Assembly (NCBI GenBank): GCA_964016885.1
Contig: OZ024742.1
Coordinates: 338,148,001 to 338,212,000 of the forward strand
From: Eledone cirrhosa
Lineage: Eukaryota
DNA: 64,000 bases
Reading direction: 5' to 3'
Below, piece by piece: positions 49,472-61,875 of this stretch. The translations under genes were made by a program, and so were the position numbers. Below the pieces are notes generated by a model. The model made no database searches. It was given only the letters and a program-made list of their open reading frames with translations, and had not been told where the DNA came from. The first letter of the stretch is position 1. Every line of letters begins with the position of its first letter.

Positions 49472-51968
49472 AGGTAATGAAGAAAGCTGAAGTGCTCTTT
49501 CCAGGATTCTAGACAGGCAGTTTCTGTAGTGATAATGTTGAGGTTAGTATTCATTACCAGAGCTGTCTTTATCTGGTGACCAGCATGGGCAATGCGAAGT
49601 GTGTGACTGAGGTTGTTGTTCCTTGCCTCTGTTGTTCCTTGCCTTGCACGTGTCTTCTTTCTCTGAGAACTTCTCCCAGTTATCTGTGATGATCTTGTAT
49701 ATCTGGTTGAGCCGGCGGCACTCATGTTGCTATGCAGGTGGGTATGTGATGTCAGTTGATTATCTCTAGCAGTGAAATCGCGGCCAGTTTCGGAAGAGGT
49801 GTTGAGTTTACCAGGGTGACACGCGCAGACGGGTTGATGCTTGATTTGAAGATCTTCCAGTTTGCAGTCTTATCCTTGGCACTGAAGTGATAGGTGATAA
49901 AACACATCAATGTAGACATGATGTTTGGATCATAGAGGCAGGATGAATCAAGGTGGAACTGGTGACAGAGTCTGCCTGCAACTTCAACTTCAGTGTCGCA
50001 GCCAGCAATTAGTGGGTATTGCTGACTGCAGCAGTCCAGTTTCTTTTGGTCAGTGTCGTTAGAGGTTGAGGGTTTGTTGTTCGTCCTCTGCAGAAAAGTT
50101 GGATGATGGTGCTGCCGTCAAGTTGACACATTGCATTTCACCATTTGTCTAGAACCTCCCACCGGGTATGAAAAATAAACTCAAGTGTGGCAATTTGAAA
50201 ATTGCCCCACTGGTAACTTTTCATGAAGCATTTCACTGAAATATTTTTAATGTTATCAGAAGGATTAAAAATATTATTTAGGCTTTTATAGGAAGCCAGT
50301 GAAGAGTCATAATAAACTCAGAAGTATGACTTTATTTCTTTCTAACAAATATCCTAGCTGTTGTATTCTAAATCAGTTTCAGTTTTATTTGATATTAAGG
50401 TAAGTTATATAGTAACACATTACCATTGTTCAGTCTGTCTGATAAATAGGACTTTAGTTATTTGAGTATGCCTGTTACTTCAAAGTGTTTCTCCATCTTG
50501 TTGAGTACAATTTTGTAGTCAATGTAATTAGAAAACATCAGTCCTATGTACAAAAAAGTGTTTGTAATATTTGTTTTTTGTTTCGGTTATTTTATTAAAT
50601 GCCTTAAACGTGAGTGCTTGCCTAAGAAAGGGAAGAAAGGATCATCCAGTTGTGAAGGGCACGAAAACCTCCCTAATGTTGGTGATCTAATGATAAACAT
50701 ACCCAGTATTTACTGTAATAATGTTGGTGATATGAAGGGTATCCAGCTGTAGAAAGCTGGCTAAACAAGGTTTAGGTGGTTCCTCTTATTGTGTACAAGA
50801 CAGGACAACCTCCCTAGTCCTGGAACCATGATAACATGCACTTGGGTGAGATGTAGACACCTGGCCTGTCTGGGAGCTCAGTAGAAGTACTTCAGTAGTG
50901 ACTCAGTTTGTGAAAAGCTGTCCAACTCTTGGTAGTAGAGAAATGGATGTTAGATCATTATACTAATAAATAGTTAGGAATTTACAGATACAGATCAATC
51001 AGGTACTGTTTATTTCTGTCTTATGAATTTCATATCCTAAGTATAGCAATATAAGAATACTGATTATAATAATTGTCTTGATACATTAGGATTTAATAAT
51101 GAGTAAATTAATTAAAGCAAGACAAAATAAAATAGGGTTTATGTGGTGGGGTGGATGTTTATACTAGGCTAAAATAAGGATTGCTTAAGAAATTTGGTAA
51201 ATTTTATAAGCCATATTTGTACATTTCTGAGACAGCCGGTGTGAATGCATTTGAATGAAGAAAACAAAGAAAAGAAAAAAAAGAATCTTGTCAACGAATT
51301 CCCTAGGGAGATAAAAGAAAAATGAAAGAAATCAAAGAAAATTAAAATAAGGGCAATGTCAACTATAACAACAGTTACAAGAACAATTCAATAGAAATGA
51401 CAAGAAAAAGAAGCAATGGTGATGAAAGGTGTGGGTGTATACTTATACATACATATGAACATACACACACATGCATACATACACATATATACACACAGGC
51501 CAGCATTGTTGTTTGATGAGGTTGAAAAACTGTGGTAGTTAATCTCCCTAAGTAATAAAATCTGGAGACAAAATTCTCTCTTTACCAAAAAAACATAAAA
51601 CATGTCAACATCCTTATAGGCACATATACACACACTTAAATATAAATGCATGCATATATACAAATGTATAAATGTATAGCTATATACATATGTAAATGTA
51701 TGTATGTATGTAGATTTATATATATATTATACACACACACATATATATATATTTTTTTTTCCGTGTGGTCTACCATTGGTGGTAGTGGCCATACTGTAGA
51801 TAGAACTCAATGTAATCCAGTAAAACCCATAGAGAAGTTCTGTGTTTCACTGACTTAATTCTTTAGATACAGTCAGATATTAGGTATTAAATTAACAATG
51901 AAAATAAAAACAACAAAGTTATAAAGTAACTTGACTTGGTTCCTTTTATTTTCATTGTTAATTTAATA

Positions 51969-52000
<32 letters not shown>

Positions 52001-52002
<2 letters not shown>

Positions 52003-54774
52003 TCATCATCATCACCGTTTTACGTCCGTTCTTCCACGCTAGCATGGGTTAGACGGGTTGTCCTGTTGTGGGCAGTGTCTGGTCGGCTGACCATGCCTTG
52101 CTCATACAGGAACTGATCTGGCTTGATTTCTACAGCTGGATGCCCTTCCTAACACCAACCTCATTTACAGTGAGTGCTGGGTGCTTTTTCGTGGCGCCTA
52201 CACGTCCACTTTACAGTGTGGGCTGGGTGCTTTTTTGCCGTGGCACCTCCACGACCACCTTGCGGTGGGGGGCATATTGTTTATATGCTTCAGCATGTAC
52301 CCATGGGAGGTCGGGTACCCTGTATTACTGCGTGACGCCAGAAGTCACGGTCGTGTGTCATTGACTTTGAGAGGTGTAGTTGGGTAAGGTCGGCTTTTAT
52401 CACCTCATCCCAAGTCATCTTGGGTCTCCCCACTCCGCGGTTTCCATCAACTTCTAGTGCTCTGCACCTTTTTATGCAGCTGTCATCCTTCATACGCATC
52501 ACATGTCCATACCAGCGTAACCGCCTCTCCTGCACGCAGCATTTGATTCCTCTTATGCTCAGTCTCTCTCTCAATTCCTTTATGCTTTGTCGTTCACGTA
52601 TATTACTGTTACACATCCATCGGAGCATGCAGGCTTCGTTTCTCTCTAATCTACGTAAGTCTTCCACCTTCAGCGCCCAGGTCTCACTACCATGCAACAT
52701 CGCTGTTCGGATACACGCATCATACAGTCTGCCTTTCAATTCTGAGGGAGAAGCCTTTTGCAGCTAGCAGTGGTAGTAGTTCCCTAAACTTCTTCCATCC
52801 CGTTCTTACCCTAGTTATTGTACTTTCTGAGCACCCACCTCCGTTGCTAATTCGGTCACCTAGGTAGCAGAAGCTGTCTACTGTTTCTACAGGGCCCTCC
52901 CAGAGATTGGTGGTACTTGTTTCCTGTGGCTGTTTGCTTGCTGTTTCAGCACAGCTGCTGCATGTGAATCCTACATTCTTAATTAAGCTTCCTGAGATCC
53001 CGCTACATCTCTTGTGTACCCATTGTTTGCATTTGGGGCAGAGAATGGAGTTCCTACCTACACCTTTCCTACATACTGAGCAAGGCCATTTCCCTGAGGG
53101 GATCTGGGTTCTGTTTTCTCGTCTACTTATAAGGACCTTAGTCTTTGTCATGTTGACTTTGAGGCCCTTTCTCTCTAGTCCCTGCTTCCAGGTTTGGAAT
53201 TTATTCTCTAGTTCTACCATAGATTCAGCTATGAGTGCGAGGTCATCAGCATACAGGAGTTCCCATGGGCATCCGGTCTTAAACTCCTCCGTTATTGCCT
53301 GCAGGACTATGATGAACAGGAGAGGGCTAAGAACAGAGCCCTGGTGGACCCCAACCTGTACGCTAAATTCCTCGCTATACTCATTGCCAATCCTAACTTT
53401 GCTGACTGCTCCCCTATACATGGCTTGTACCGCTTTCACAAGCCATTCATCTACTCCTAGTTTTCTAAGAGCCCACCAGATTACTGCACGTGGAACTCTG
53501 TCAAAGGCTTTCTCAAGGTCGACAAATGCCAAGTAGAGTGGCTTACTTTTAGCTAGGTACTTTTCCTGTAATTGCCTCACAAGGAAGAGGGCATCAGTGG
53601 TGCCTTTCCCTGGTACAAACCCAAATTGCATCTCGTCTATATTCACCCGGTCCCTAATCAGCTGTGCTATAACTCTTTCTGTTACTTTCATGACCTGGTC
53701 CATCAACTTTATACCTCTATAGTTTCCTCTATCTAGTGCATCGCCTTTACCTTTGTAGCAGTTGACAATGATGCTACTGCACCAATCTTTTGGTATGGCC
53801 CCCTCTAGTATTACCTGGTTAACGATACGTGTGGTTATAGTGTGACCTACAGACCCAGATGCCTTCAGCATCTCGGCAGCTATACCCGATGGACCGGTTG
53901 CCTTCCCTATCTTCATATCTCTGATTGCCTTACTTACTACGCTGCCGCTGACTTGTACTGCTGGTCCCTCTATAGGGTCTACGTGGGGTAGGGTCTCTTC
54001 TTCCCATGCATTCTCCTCATTTAGTAATCTATCATAATGACTCTTCCATGCATCTTTCTTCTCAGCACTTGTGAGGGCAAGCTCACCTTTATCATTCTTT
54101 ATCATACACTTCTCTCCAATGACATCACAACTATCTCTGACACACTGCCTCGCAATCTTGAATACCTCCTGTTTCTGGTCCTCACGTTGTAAAACATGCT
54201 TGAATTTTCTATCCTCTGCTTCCCTCCTAGCTAAGTATACTTGTCGCCTAGCTTCCCTCTTGGTCTCTATGTAATGTACCCTGCTCCCCCCGTTCTTCCA
54301 TTCTTTCCATGCCTGTCTCTTGGCCTTGACTGCTTCATCTACCTTATTGTTCCACCACCAAGTCACTCTCCTCCTGCTTGAGGTCTTACTCCAGCCACAA
54401 ACCTCATCCGTCGCCTCTAGTAAGTTATTTTTTAGGAACTCCCAGTTCTCTTCTACGTTAAATGTCTCTATCTGTTCTTCTTTACTGTCGTAGGCGTTGA
54501 GTAAAATATCTTTAAATCTGTTACTGGTTGAGGGGACTTTCAGCTTCCAGATCTTTCTTCTCCAGGTTGGCCTCTGTTTCAGGGCTCGTCTAGTTCTGAC
54601 CGTGAGGTCGCTGACAACTAAGCTATGTTGGGATGTACATTCCTCACTAGGGAAGGCTTTTGTGTTTACGACCGTCCATCTGTCACGTCCTCTGATGAGG
54701 ATAAAATCTAACTGACTAGAGTGCTCCCCTGATCTATAGGTGATCAGGTGGTTGTCGGGTTTTTTAAAGTTTGT
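52001..54774 (-). mobile_element. Young 5'-truncated RTE LINE (end of APE, full RT, C-terminus, 3' UTR)
   Basis: Frame open from 54774 (TNFKKPDNHLITYRSG) through NYRGIKL, QGSVLSP and YADD, with one frameshift near 52740; (GAT)n tail at 52001 next to (TA)n. Confidence 0.96.
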
Positions 54775-54788
54775 TTTTTAAAGTTTTT

Positions 54789-55293
54789 TAAAGTACCAGT
54801 AAGACACTGGGTAATTGCTGGCCTTGTGCCTAAAGTAGAAACAATTATTACAATTACTCTGACTGTTCCCTGACAACTAGTACCAGCTTCAACATAGAAT
54901 TATTTTAACGAAGTATATTTAATTTGACTTGATTTTCGCCAACAACGTGTGGACATGGACGGGGAAAAAGGGGAAAAAAAACAAACAAATCACTACATCC
55001 CTTAGGGATCGCAGTAAGTACTCTACAAAACATATAAACAACAATATACACACAGATTTATATACAGATATATACCATATGCATATACACACATGTGAAA
55101 AGAAACCACACTATTTCGTGTGAGACACTATACCGGCCAATCTCACGTACATTGGTAAAATATCTCTGAACACTGACTTTGCTTCTAACCCACATACACC
55201 TTTTAATCATATATATATACTAGCAACTGAAAGTTAATAATTTGAAAAATATTATTGAAAGTGTATTATAAAGAAGCAGTATCAGGAAAAAAA
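54789..55293 (+). repeat. ~500-bp direct duplicate of 61152-61653
   Basis: Near-identical sequence from TAAAGTACCAGTAAGACAC to GTATCAGGAAAAAAA. Confidence 0.92.
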
Positions 55294-55308
55294 AGTGTAT
55301 ATATATAT

Positions 55309-56173
55309 ATACCACTATTAGCCGCTAAAGGGTTCTCCCTAAAAATGAAAGGCAGGCTGTACGATGCCTGCATACGAACAGCAATGTTACATGGCAGTGA
55401 GACCTGGGCATTGTGTGCAGAGGATATACGCAGACTAGAGAGAAACGAAGCCTGCATGCTCCGCTGGATGTGTAATAGTAATATACGTGAACGGCAAAGC
55501 ATAAACGAACTAAGGAAAAAATTAGAAATAAGAGGGATCAGATGTTGTTTACTCGAGAGAAGGCTACGTTGGTATGGTCACGTGATGCGCATGAAGGACG
55601 ATAGCTGTATAACAAAGTGCAGGGCAATAAAGATAGACGGTAGCCACGGAATAGGCAGACCCAGAAAAACCTGGGACGAGCTGATAAATTCCAACCTCAC
55701 ACACTTACATCTCACCAAGACAATGTCACTGGACCGAGACCTTTGGCAGTACTCAGTAATAGAGAAGACCCGCCTTACCTAAATACAAAGTAAAACCTAC
55801 TACAGTCAGTAGGCATCTCTAACAAAATACACCCCCGTCCCACCACCCCCACCCCATCCACACCGCCCCTTTCAATGTAAAGTTATGTTGGTGCCACAAC
55901 ATCCAGGCCGAAACAAATGAGATCGTGTAGGTGTCACGTCAAAAAAACACACAGTTCACGCTGTAATGTGGCCGTGTAGGCAACACGGTAAAAACCTCCC
56001 AGCCCCACACTGTAAATGTGGTTGGTGTTAGGAAGGGCATCCAGCTGTAGAAAACCCGCCAGATAGTCCTATGCGAGCAAGATAATCACTCTTGACTCAA
56101 GTGGGAAACCCCCGTCCAAACCCATGCAAGCGTGGAACACGGACGTTAAACGTTGATGATGATGATGATGATG
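55309..56173 (+). mobile_element. Young 5'-truncated RTE LINE
   Basis: IPLLAAKGFSLKMKGRLYDAC...; same subfamily as 38589-39635; (GAT)n tail. Confidence 0.93.
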
Positions 56174-56546
56174 ATATATGCGCAGTGTGACAAGAAGCTT
56201 GCTTGCCAACCACGTTTCCAGGTTCAGTCTCACTGCCCAGGCCGACCAAAGCCCTGTGAGTGCATTTAATAATAATAATAATAATGAAATTATTGTGTAC
56301 AGTGCTCAGGTGCACTACAACTCATCAAAGGTGCATGTATAGTACATAGAATAATGTACAAATGTCAGGAAAATAAACAGTGTATGAGTCATGATATAAT
56401 AACAATAACAATAATGAAATATTGTGCACAGTGCCCAGGTGCACCACAACCCATCAAAAAAGTGCATGTACAGTACATAGGGCAATGCACAAACATCAGT
56501 AAAATGAACAGTGCACACATGTGTGCATGTGTATGGAAGGGGCACA

Positions 56547-59312
56547 TCAGGTGTAGTTTTGGCGTATTTCGGGAAGCATGAGTGTCTTAAAGGATGCAGT
56601 GTCTCGGCAGCTAACAATTGACGCAGGCAGTTTGTTCCATGTTTCAGCAACTCTGAGCGTGAAAAAATGTCTGCGAAAGTCATGGGAGCTGTGCTGTTTT
56701 CTTATCTTGTAGGCATGTCCACGTGTGTTAGATACATGGAGATCAAAGAGGCGCTCAGGGTTGCAGTTGGCGAGATGGTTAAAAACTTTGTGGGTATTCA
56801 CCAAGTCCACTGCCAGACGTCGGAGCTTCAATGAATCCATGCCCAGGGAAGCAAGGCGTTCAGAGTATGGTAGGTGTCTGATGGAGGGTATGCGCTTGGT
56901 TGCACGTCTCTGAACAGTTTCCAGGAGGTCAATGTTCTGAGCAAGATAGGGGTTCCAGACTGATGATGCGAATTCCAAGTGTGGTCGCACCATAGCTGTA
57001 TACAGTTTTAAATAGATGGCTGGAGAGCGGCTAACAAAGGTCTTGCTGAGTGATGCCAAGACACCCTCGGCCTTCTTGACAATCTTAGAGACATGCTTTG
57101 TCCAACGCAAATCGTTGCTGACAGTAATGCCCAGGTCACGTTCACAAGAGGACTTTTTGATGTCAGTGTTGTGGAGGGAGTATGTGGACGCTGGATTTTT
57201 CCTTCCAAAATGCATGGTGGTACACTTGTCCACAGCCAGCTTCAGTTGCCAGTCTGTGATCCATTGCTGCATTGTGTCCAGGTCTGATTGTAGGAAAGAG
57301 TTGTAAATTTCAGGATCAGTCCTTTTGATTTCAAGGTACAGCTTGATGTCATCTGCATATTTTAGTACCGTGGCATTCTGTAAGTTGGCATCTATGTCAT
57401 TAATATATGCCACAAACAAAAGAGGACCAAGAACAGATCCCTGTGGTACACCAGATGACATCTCATATGGTGAAGAATGCTGTCCTAGAACTGTGACTAC
57501 TTCCTTTCGGCTGAGAATGAAGGATTTCAGCCAGTCGAAAAGATCATCCCTCACACCCATTGCAGAGAGTTTTGCCATAAGTCTTTTGTGTGGCACAGAA
57601 TTAAAAGCCTTAGCAAAGTCAAGGTAAACAACATCCACCCATGAGCCGCTGTCAGTGATCCGGGTGATGTCCTCAAGGAACTCGATAAGCTGATCACAGC
57701 AGCTGGAGTTAGGGATAAATCCAAACTGTGAGGGCCGGATGAGGCTGTGAGAGCTCCAGAAGTTCCAAAGTGTTTCTCTGACACAGGATTCCATCAGTTT
57801 GGCCATACAGCTAGTAAGACTGACTGGACGATAGTTGACAGGTGACATGCGGTTGCCCTTTTTGAACAGGGGAATGACACTGGCAGTTTTCCACTGCTCT
57901 GGAGTAGCACCATTGCTGAGACAGTATTGAAAGAAAAAAGAAAGCTGGCGCAAAAGGAAATCCCCGCCACGTTTGAGAAGCAGGTATGTCACACCATCAA
58001 GACCAGGGGAGGCATAGTTGCGCTTATTCTTAAGGTGACGTCGCAACATTGCAGGTGTAAATTCCATAGTTGTTATGGAATTTGATGTTAGAGATGGTGG
58101 AGATGGTACATTCTGGTTTTCAACAGTAAAAATACTTGCATAGCACTCAGCAATGAGTTCTGCGCATTCCTTGGGATCGTCAGTGATCTGGCTTGTGTGG
58201 GGATTGCGAAGAGGACCAACTGGAGAGTGAGGTCTCTGCTTTGAATGAACATATTTCCAGAACACCTTACTGTCGGGATTGGTTGCGATGCATTGTTCAA
58301 ATTCAAGCACTGCCTTCTTTGTCACTTGCTTGAGATGGTTAGAAGATTTATTCCGCTTTTTTCTGTTGGCATCTGATCTATGCAGTTTATATTCCCGTTC
58401 AGCGTTCCGACGTTCTTTCCTGGCAAGTCGGACTGCTGAAGATTCCCAGATTGCACTTTTGGGGTGGTTATTTTTCCGCTTCCGTGGCACTGATGCTGCA
58501 CACGCTATCCATATTGAGTCCAGGATGCTCTGGAGTATAGAGTTCACATCTCCAGAGTTATACATCTCATGCCAGTTTGGGCGCTGTAGCTCAGTGCAGT
58601 ACAAGTTCCAATCTGCCCTCTTCCAATCAAAGCAAGCAGATTGGAGATGGCTCTGGTTTTTGTTGCTGCCCTCAAGTGCCAGATTGGCAATGATCATAGC
58701 ATGATCAGAGTCGCCTAGAGGTTCCTCAGTAGTACAACTGATAACCACTTCAGGAGTAGTGGTGAAGATCAGGTCCAAAGTGTTGTCACCTCTTGTTGGA
58801 GAGGTGACTACTTGTGACCAGTTTGAGTCCAGCACTAGTTCAAGGAAATCGTTTGCACCCTGTGGCCAACGAAAGGTTTCCCAATCGATCTCAGGATGAT
58901 TGAAGTCACCTGCAATAAACACATAAGTGGCTGTTTTCTTGGCAGCAACTCTGAGGATATCGCAAAGCTGTGTGTCCTGATGGTAGTTTGGGGGGCGATA
59001 ATCAACACCAAGCAGAAGTGTTGACATGGTCATACGTATGTCACAGAAAAAAACTTCTTCCTGTGATTCGTTCAAATCAACGCAAGGAATTACCGAAAAG
59101 TTTGAACGAACGTAGACCATCACACCACCACCACGGCGGTTAATGCGGTCCTTGCGGAAAAGGTTGTACCCAGTAATGGTGAAAACCCCATCACAGAGTA
59201 AGGAATGTGCCCATGTTTCCGTGACTGTGATGAAGTCAGGGTCGATGCTTCTGACGTAGGATTCGAACAGATGTATCTTGTTGCATAAACTGCGAGCATT
59301 TAAGGACAACAA
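56547..59312 (-). CDS. CR1 ORF2: AP endonuclease plus reverse transcriptase (>=921 aa; true start unresolved)
   Basis: NARSL, TETW, GDFN and SDH (APE); NYRPVSL, DFAKAF, GVPQGSVLGP and YADD (RT); FFTLRV..WN.LP C-terminus; no internal stop. Confidence 0.95.
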   Translation of the reverse strand: MLSLNARSLCNKIHLFESYVRSIDPDFITVTETWAHSLLCDGVFTITGYNLFRKDRINRRGGGVMVYVRSNFSVIPCVDLNESQEEVFFCDIRMTMSTLLLGVDYRPPNYHQDTQLCDILRVAAKKTATYVFIAGDFNHPEIDWETFRWPQGANDFLELVLDSNWSQVVTSPTRGDNTLDLIFTTTPEVVISCTTEEPLGDSDHAMIIANLALEGSNKNQSHLQSACFDWKRADWNLYCTELQRPNWHEMYNSGDVNSILQSILDSIWIACAASVPRKRKNNHPKSAIWESSAVRLARKERRNAEREYKLHRSDANRKKRNKSSNHLKQVTKKAVLEFEQCIATNPDSKVFWKYVHSKQRPHSPVGPLRNPHTSQITDDPKECAELIAECYASIFTVENQNVPSPPSLTSNSITTMEFTPAMLRRHLKNKRNYASPGLDGVTYLLLKRGGDFLLRQLSFFFQYCLSNGATPEQWKTASVIPLFKKGNRMSPVNYRPVSLTSCMAKLMESCVRETLWNFWSSHSLIRPSQFGFIPNSSCCDQLIEFLEDITRITDSGSWVDVVYLDFAKAFNSVPHKRLMAKLSAMGVRDDLFDWLKSFILSRKEVVTVLGQHSSPYEMSSGVPQGSVLGPLLFVAYINDIDANLQNATVLKYADDIKLYLEIKRTDPEIYNSFLQSDLDTMQQWITDWQLKLAVDKCTTMHFGRKNPASTYSLHNTDIKKSSCERDLGITVSNDLRWTKHVSKIVKKAEGVLASLSKTFVSRSPAIYLKLYTAMVRPHLEFASSVWNPYLAQNIDLLETVQRRATKRIPSIRHLPYSERLASLGMDSLKLRRLAVDLVNTHKVFNHLANCNPERLFDLHVSNTRGHAYKIRKQHSSHDFRRHFFTLRVAETWNKLPASIVSCRDTASFKTLMLPEIRQNYT

Positions 59313-59368
59313 TTTGTACCCTGCTCGCAGTTTATGATGGTGTGTAGAGGGTGGCAGGTTGTTCTGGT

Positions 59369-59931
59369 TTAGTTTCCCAGAGTTGTAGCAGTTTTTACAT
59401 TGCCAGTTATTGTGGGTAGATCACACTCAGACCAGCTGGTATCTCTCTTCCACGTTTCACCAGCCTTGACAAACCTCCAGATCTGCCCATCATCACGCAG
59501 ACTGAAACTTTCATCTCGTGCTGAGTTCCGATTCAAGGAAGCTGCAGCACGTAGTTTTGGACGTACATGGGGTGGTAGGCCTGGGCGTGTTCGGAAGGTA
59601 ATCCGATTTTCACGCCCAGCTTTAGCAGAGGCCAGATGATATGAGGTTGCCTCTGCGGGGTCCGAGAAAGACAGCCTCATGAGTCTGGGTTTTGGACCAG
59701 GTCGACCAAGGCGGAGGGCACCCTTTGGGGGAACACAGCCTAGGTCTTTGGCCGAGCTGGCAGCAAATGCCTGAAGATCGGCCTTGTCCTCTGGTACCCC
59801 AATGGCAATCACTTCATGGGTAGCAGATTCCGCAGTCTTTTCAGTCTTTCCAGCAAGAGGTACAGGGAGATTCTTTAGCAAGGCATTCCGATAAGACCCC
59901 TCATTGTGGGGTCCTACCCGAATGCTTGCCT
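59369..59931 (-). pseudogene. CR1 ORF1 C-terminal part
   Basis: Matches ORF 62443-63057 (VIAIGVPE, RLGRPGPKPRLMRLSF, RRM-like). The N-terminus of the listed 265-aa ORF is flanking SINE sequence. Confidence 0.85.
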
Positions 59932-60630
59932 CATAGACCAAAACTAAAAGAAGCCCGTCGTATAAATGTCTGCGTGTGTCTTTGCATTTGTGTTTGTCCT
60001 CCCACCAATGCTTGTTTGTTTGTTGACATCCCAATAAGTTACCAAGGTGATGCTCCAGCAAGGGCGTAGTCCAGAGACAGAAAAAAAGAAAGTGTATATA
60101 TAGATGTGTGCACAAGGTATGAAATTTGGGGTTTAGGTCCTGTCGATGACTTCGATCCCAGTTCACAACTGGTACTTAATTTATCGACCCCAAAAGGATG
60201 AAAGGCAAAATTGAGATTGGCAGAATTTGAACTCAGAACGTAAAAAGAGAAGTACCGTTAAGTATTTCGTCAGATGTGCTAACGATTCCACCAGTTCATG
60301 GCCCTATTTTCACGAGTTATAATACAATCTGAAATATTGGTTTTACCATGGGCCATAGAGAAGTAGTTTGCAGGCTACATGTTTGAGGCCCCTGTTGAAG
60401 AGATAGATAGATAGATAGACGTGTACCAAACACACACACACACACACACATTTCCTACTCTGTCTGTCTCCCTCTTTCTCTAGTCATTTATATATATATA
60501 TATATATAGAGAGAGTTATCTCCCTTGACCTACTGCAAAATCAAAACGTCTTTTTACGAAGAATGAACTCTTACGTGAACTTATCTTTAAAAACCCATTC
60601 CGGGTCATGTAAGGAACGTTTTTTAGTTAT

Positions 60631-60686
60631 TATGTTCTTGAGAAGCCCATTCGGGCGAAACGTACGTAGGTGATATTTTAAATAAA
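60631..60686 (+). ncRNA. Minimal hammerhead ribozyme motif, U3-A8 core variant (Penelope-like remnant ~60510-60725)
   Basis: TTGAGAA (60638-60644), stem II GCCC-ATTC-GGGC, GAAA-C-GTAC-G-TA, AATAAA at 60681; stem I weak. Confidence 0.65.
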
Positions 60687-60724
60687 CATGTTTTAACGGT
60701 CTGTTCTCCTGTATTTTACTTCAC

Positions 60725-60786
<62 letters not shown>

Positions 60787-61026
60787 GTAAAAGTTCTATT
60801 TAAATTGTTGGGATACAACAAGCAAATATTTTTATAACTGATATAAAGCACTCAACAAATATTTTGAGTAAAAAACAAATGGAAACTATATTTATAAAAC
60901 CATACATATACCAAGATGGCGACAAGGAAGGTCGCTTGACCACGTCTTGACCAAACAAAATATAATATTTTCACCAAAAACTGCCCTTTAAACATGTCAG
61001 ATGGATTACAATATTCATTATTACCG

Positions 61027-61212
61027 GTGGATTGGTAGTATCGGTAGAGGGTCGGACGCCATGCTTTCCAGCATAGTTACGTCCCTTTACGATCTGAGTT
61101 CAAATCCCGCCGAGGTTGACTTTGCCTTTCATCCTTACGGGGTCGATAAAATAAAGTACCAGTAAGACACTGGATAATTGCTGGCCTTGTGCCTAAAGTA
61201 GAAACAATTATT
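61027..61212 (+). mobile_element. tRNA-derived SINE (Deu/Nin-like domain), near full length
   Basis: A-box-like TGGTAGTATCGG, B-box GAGTTCAAATCC and GACTTTGCCTTTCATCCTTACGGGGTCGATAAAATAAAGTACCAG. Confidence 0.88.
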
Positions 61213-61875
61213 ACAATTACTCTGACTGTTCCCTGACAACTAGTACCAGCTTCAACATAAAATTATTTTAACGAAGTATATTTAATTTGACTTGATTTTC
61301 GCCAACCACGTGTGGATATGGACGGGGAAAAAGGGGAAAAAAAACAAACAAATCACTACATCCCTTAGGGATCGCAGTAAGTACTCTACAAAACATATAA
61401 ACAACAATATACACACAGATTTATATACAGATATATACCATATGCATATACACACATGTGAAAAGAAACCACACTATTTCGTGTGAGACACTATACCGGC
61501 CAATCTCACGTACATTGGTAAAATATCTCTGAACACCGACTTTGCATACCCACATACACCTTTTAATCATATATATATACTAGCAACTGAAAGTTAATAA
61601 TTTGAAAAATATTATTGAAAGTGTATTATAAAGAAGCAGTATCAGGAAAAAAACGTTATTTCGCTGTTAATAAACTGTTGCCTTCTACAGTACGTTTCAT
61701 TTAACTTACGCAGCATATTTATTTGTTTACATGCACAGACTCTTCTGTACACACACAACATTTAGGAAAACGGAAACAAAATACACAAAAAAACAAAACA
61801 AAAAACAGACATTTTATTTCTATCGTAATCAAGTGCGCTAAACCTATATTGTTTACATTCTGTGTTTTTCTACGG

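Larger units (their letters stand above)
56268..59931 (-). mobile_element. CR1-clade LINE, truncated within ORF1, ORF2 intact
   Basis: Inserted in a SINE (empty site GCATTTGATAGACC at ~36817); (ATT)n tail; no clear TSD. Confidence 0.93.
44940..60510 (+). repeat. Segmental duplication unit 3 (no ZNF exon within the window), expanded by young insertions
   Basis: Homologous to unit 2 up to the (TA)n at ~60490-60510, which corresponds to 37475 and 24372. Confidence 0.8.

Noticed and set aside
59932-60166. N-terminus of the 265-aa ORF as a novel SINE-LINE fusion gene
   Set aside because: Chance open frame through flanking SINE sequence with a non-ATG start, joined at the CR1 truncation point.
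60905-60950. YY1-like AAGATGGCG as a promoter
   Set aside because: Single short motif with no supporting exon or ORF.
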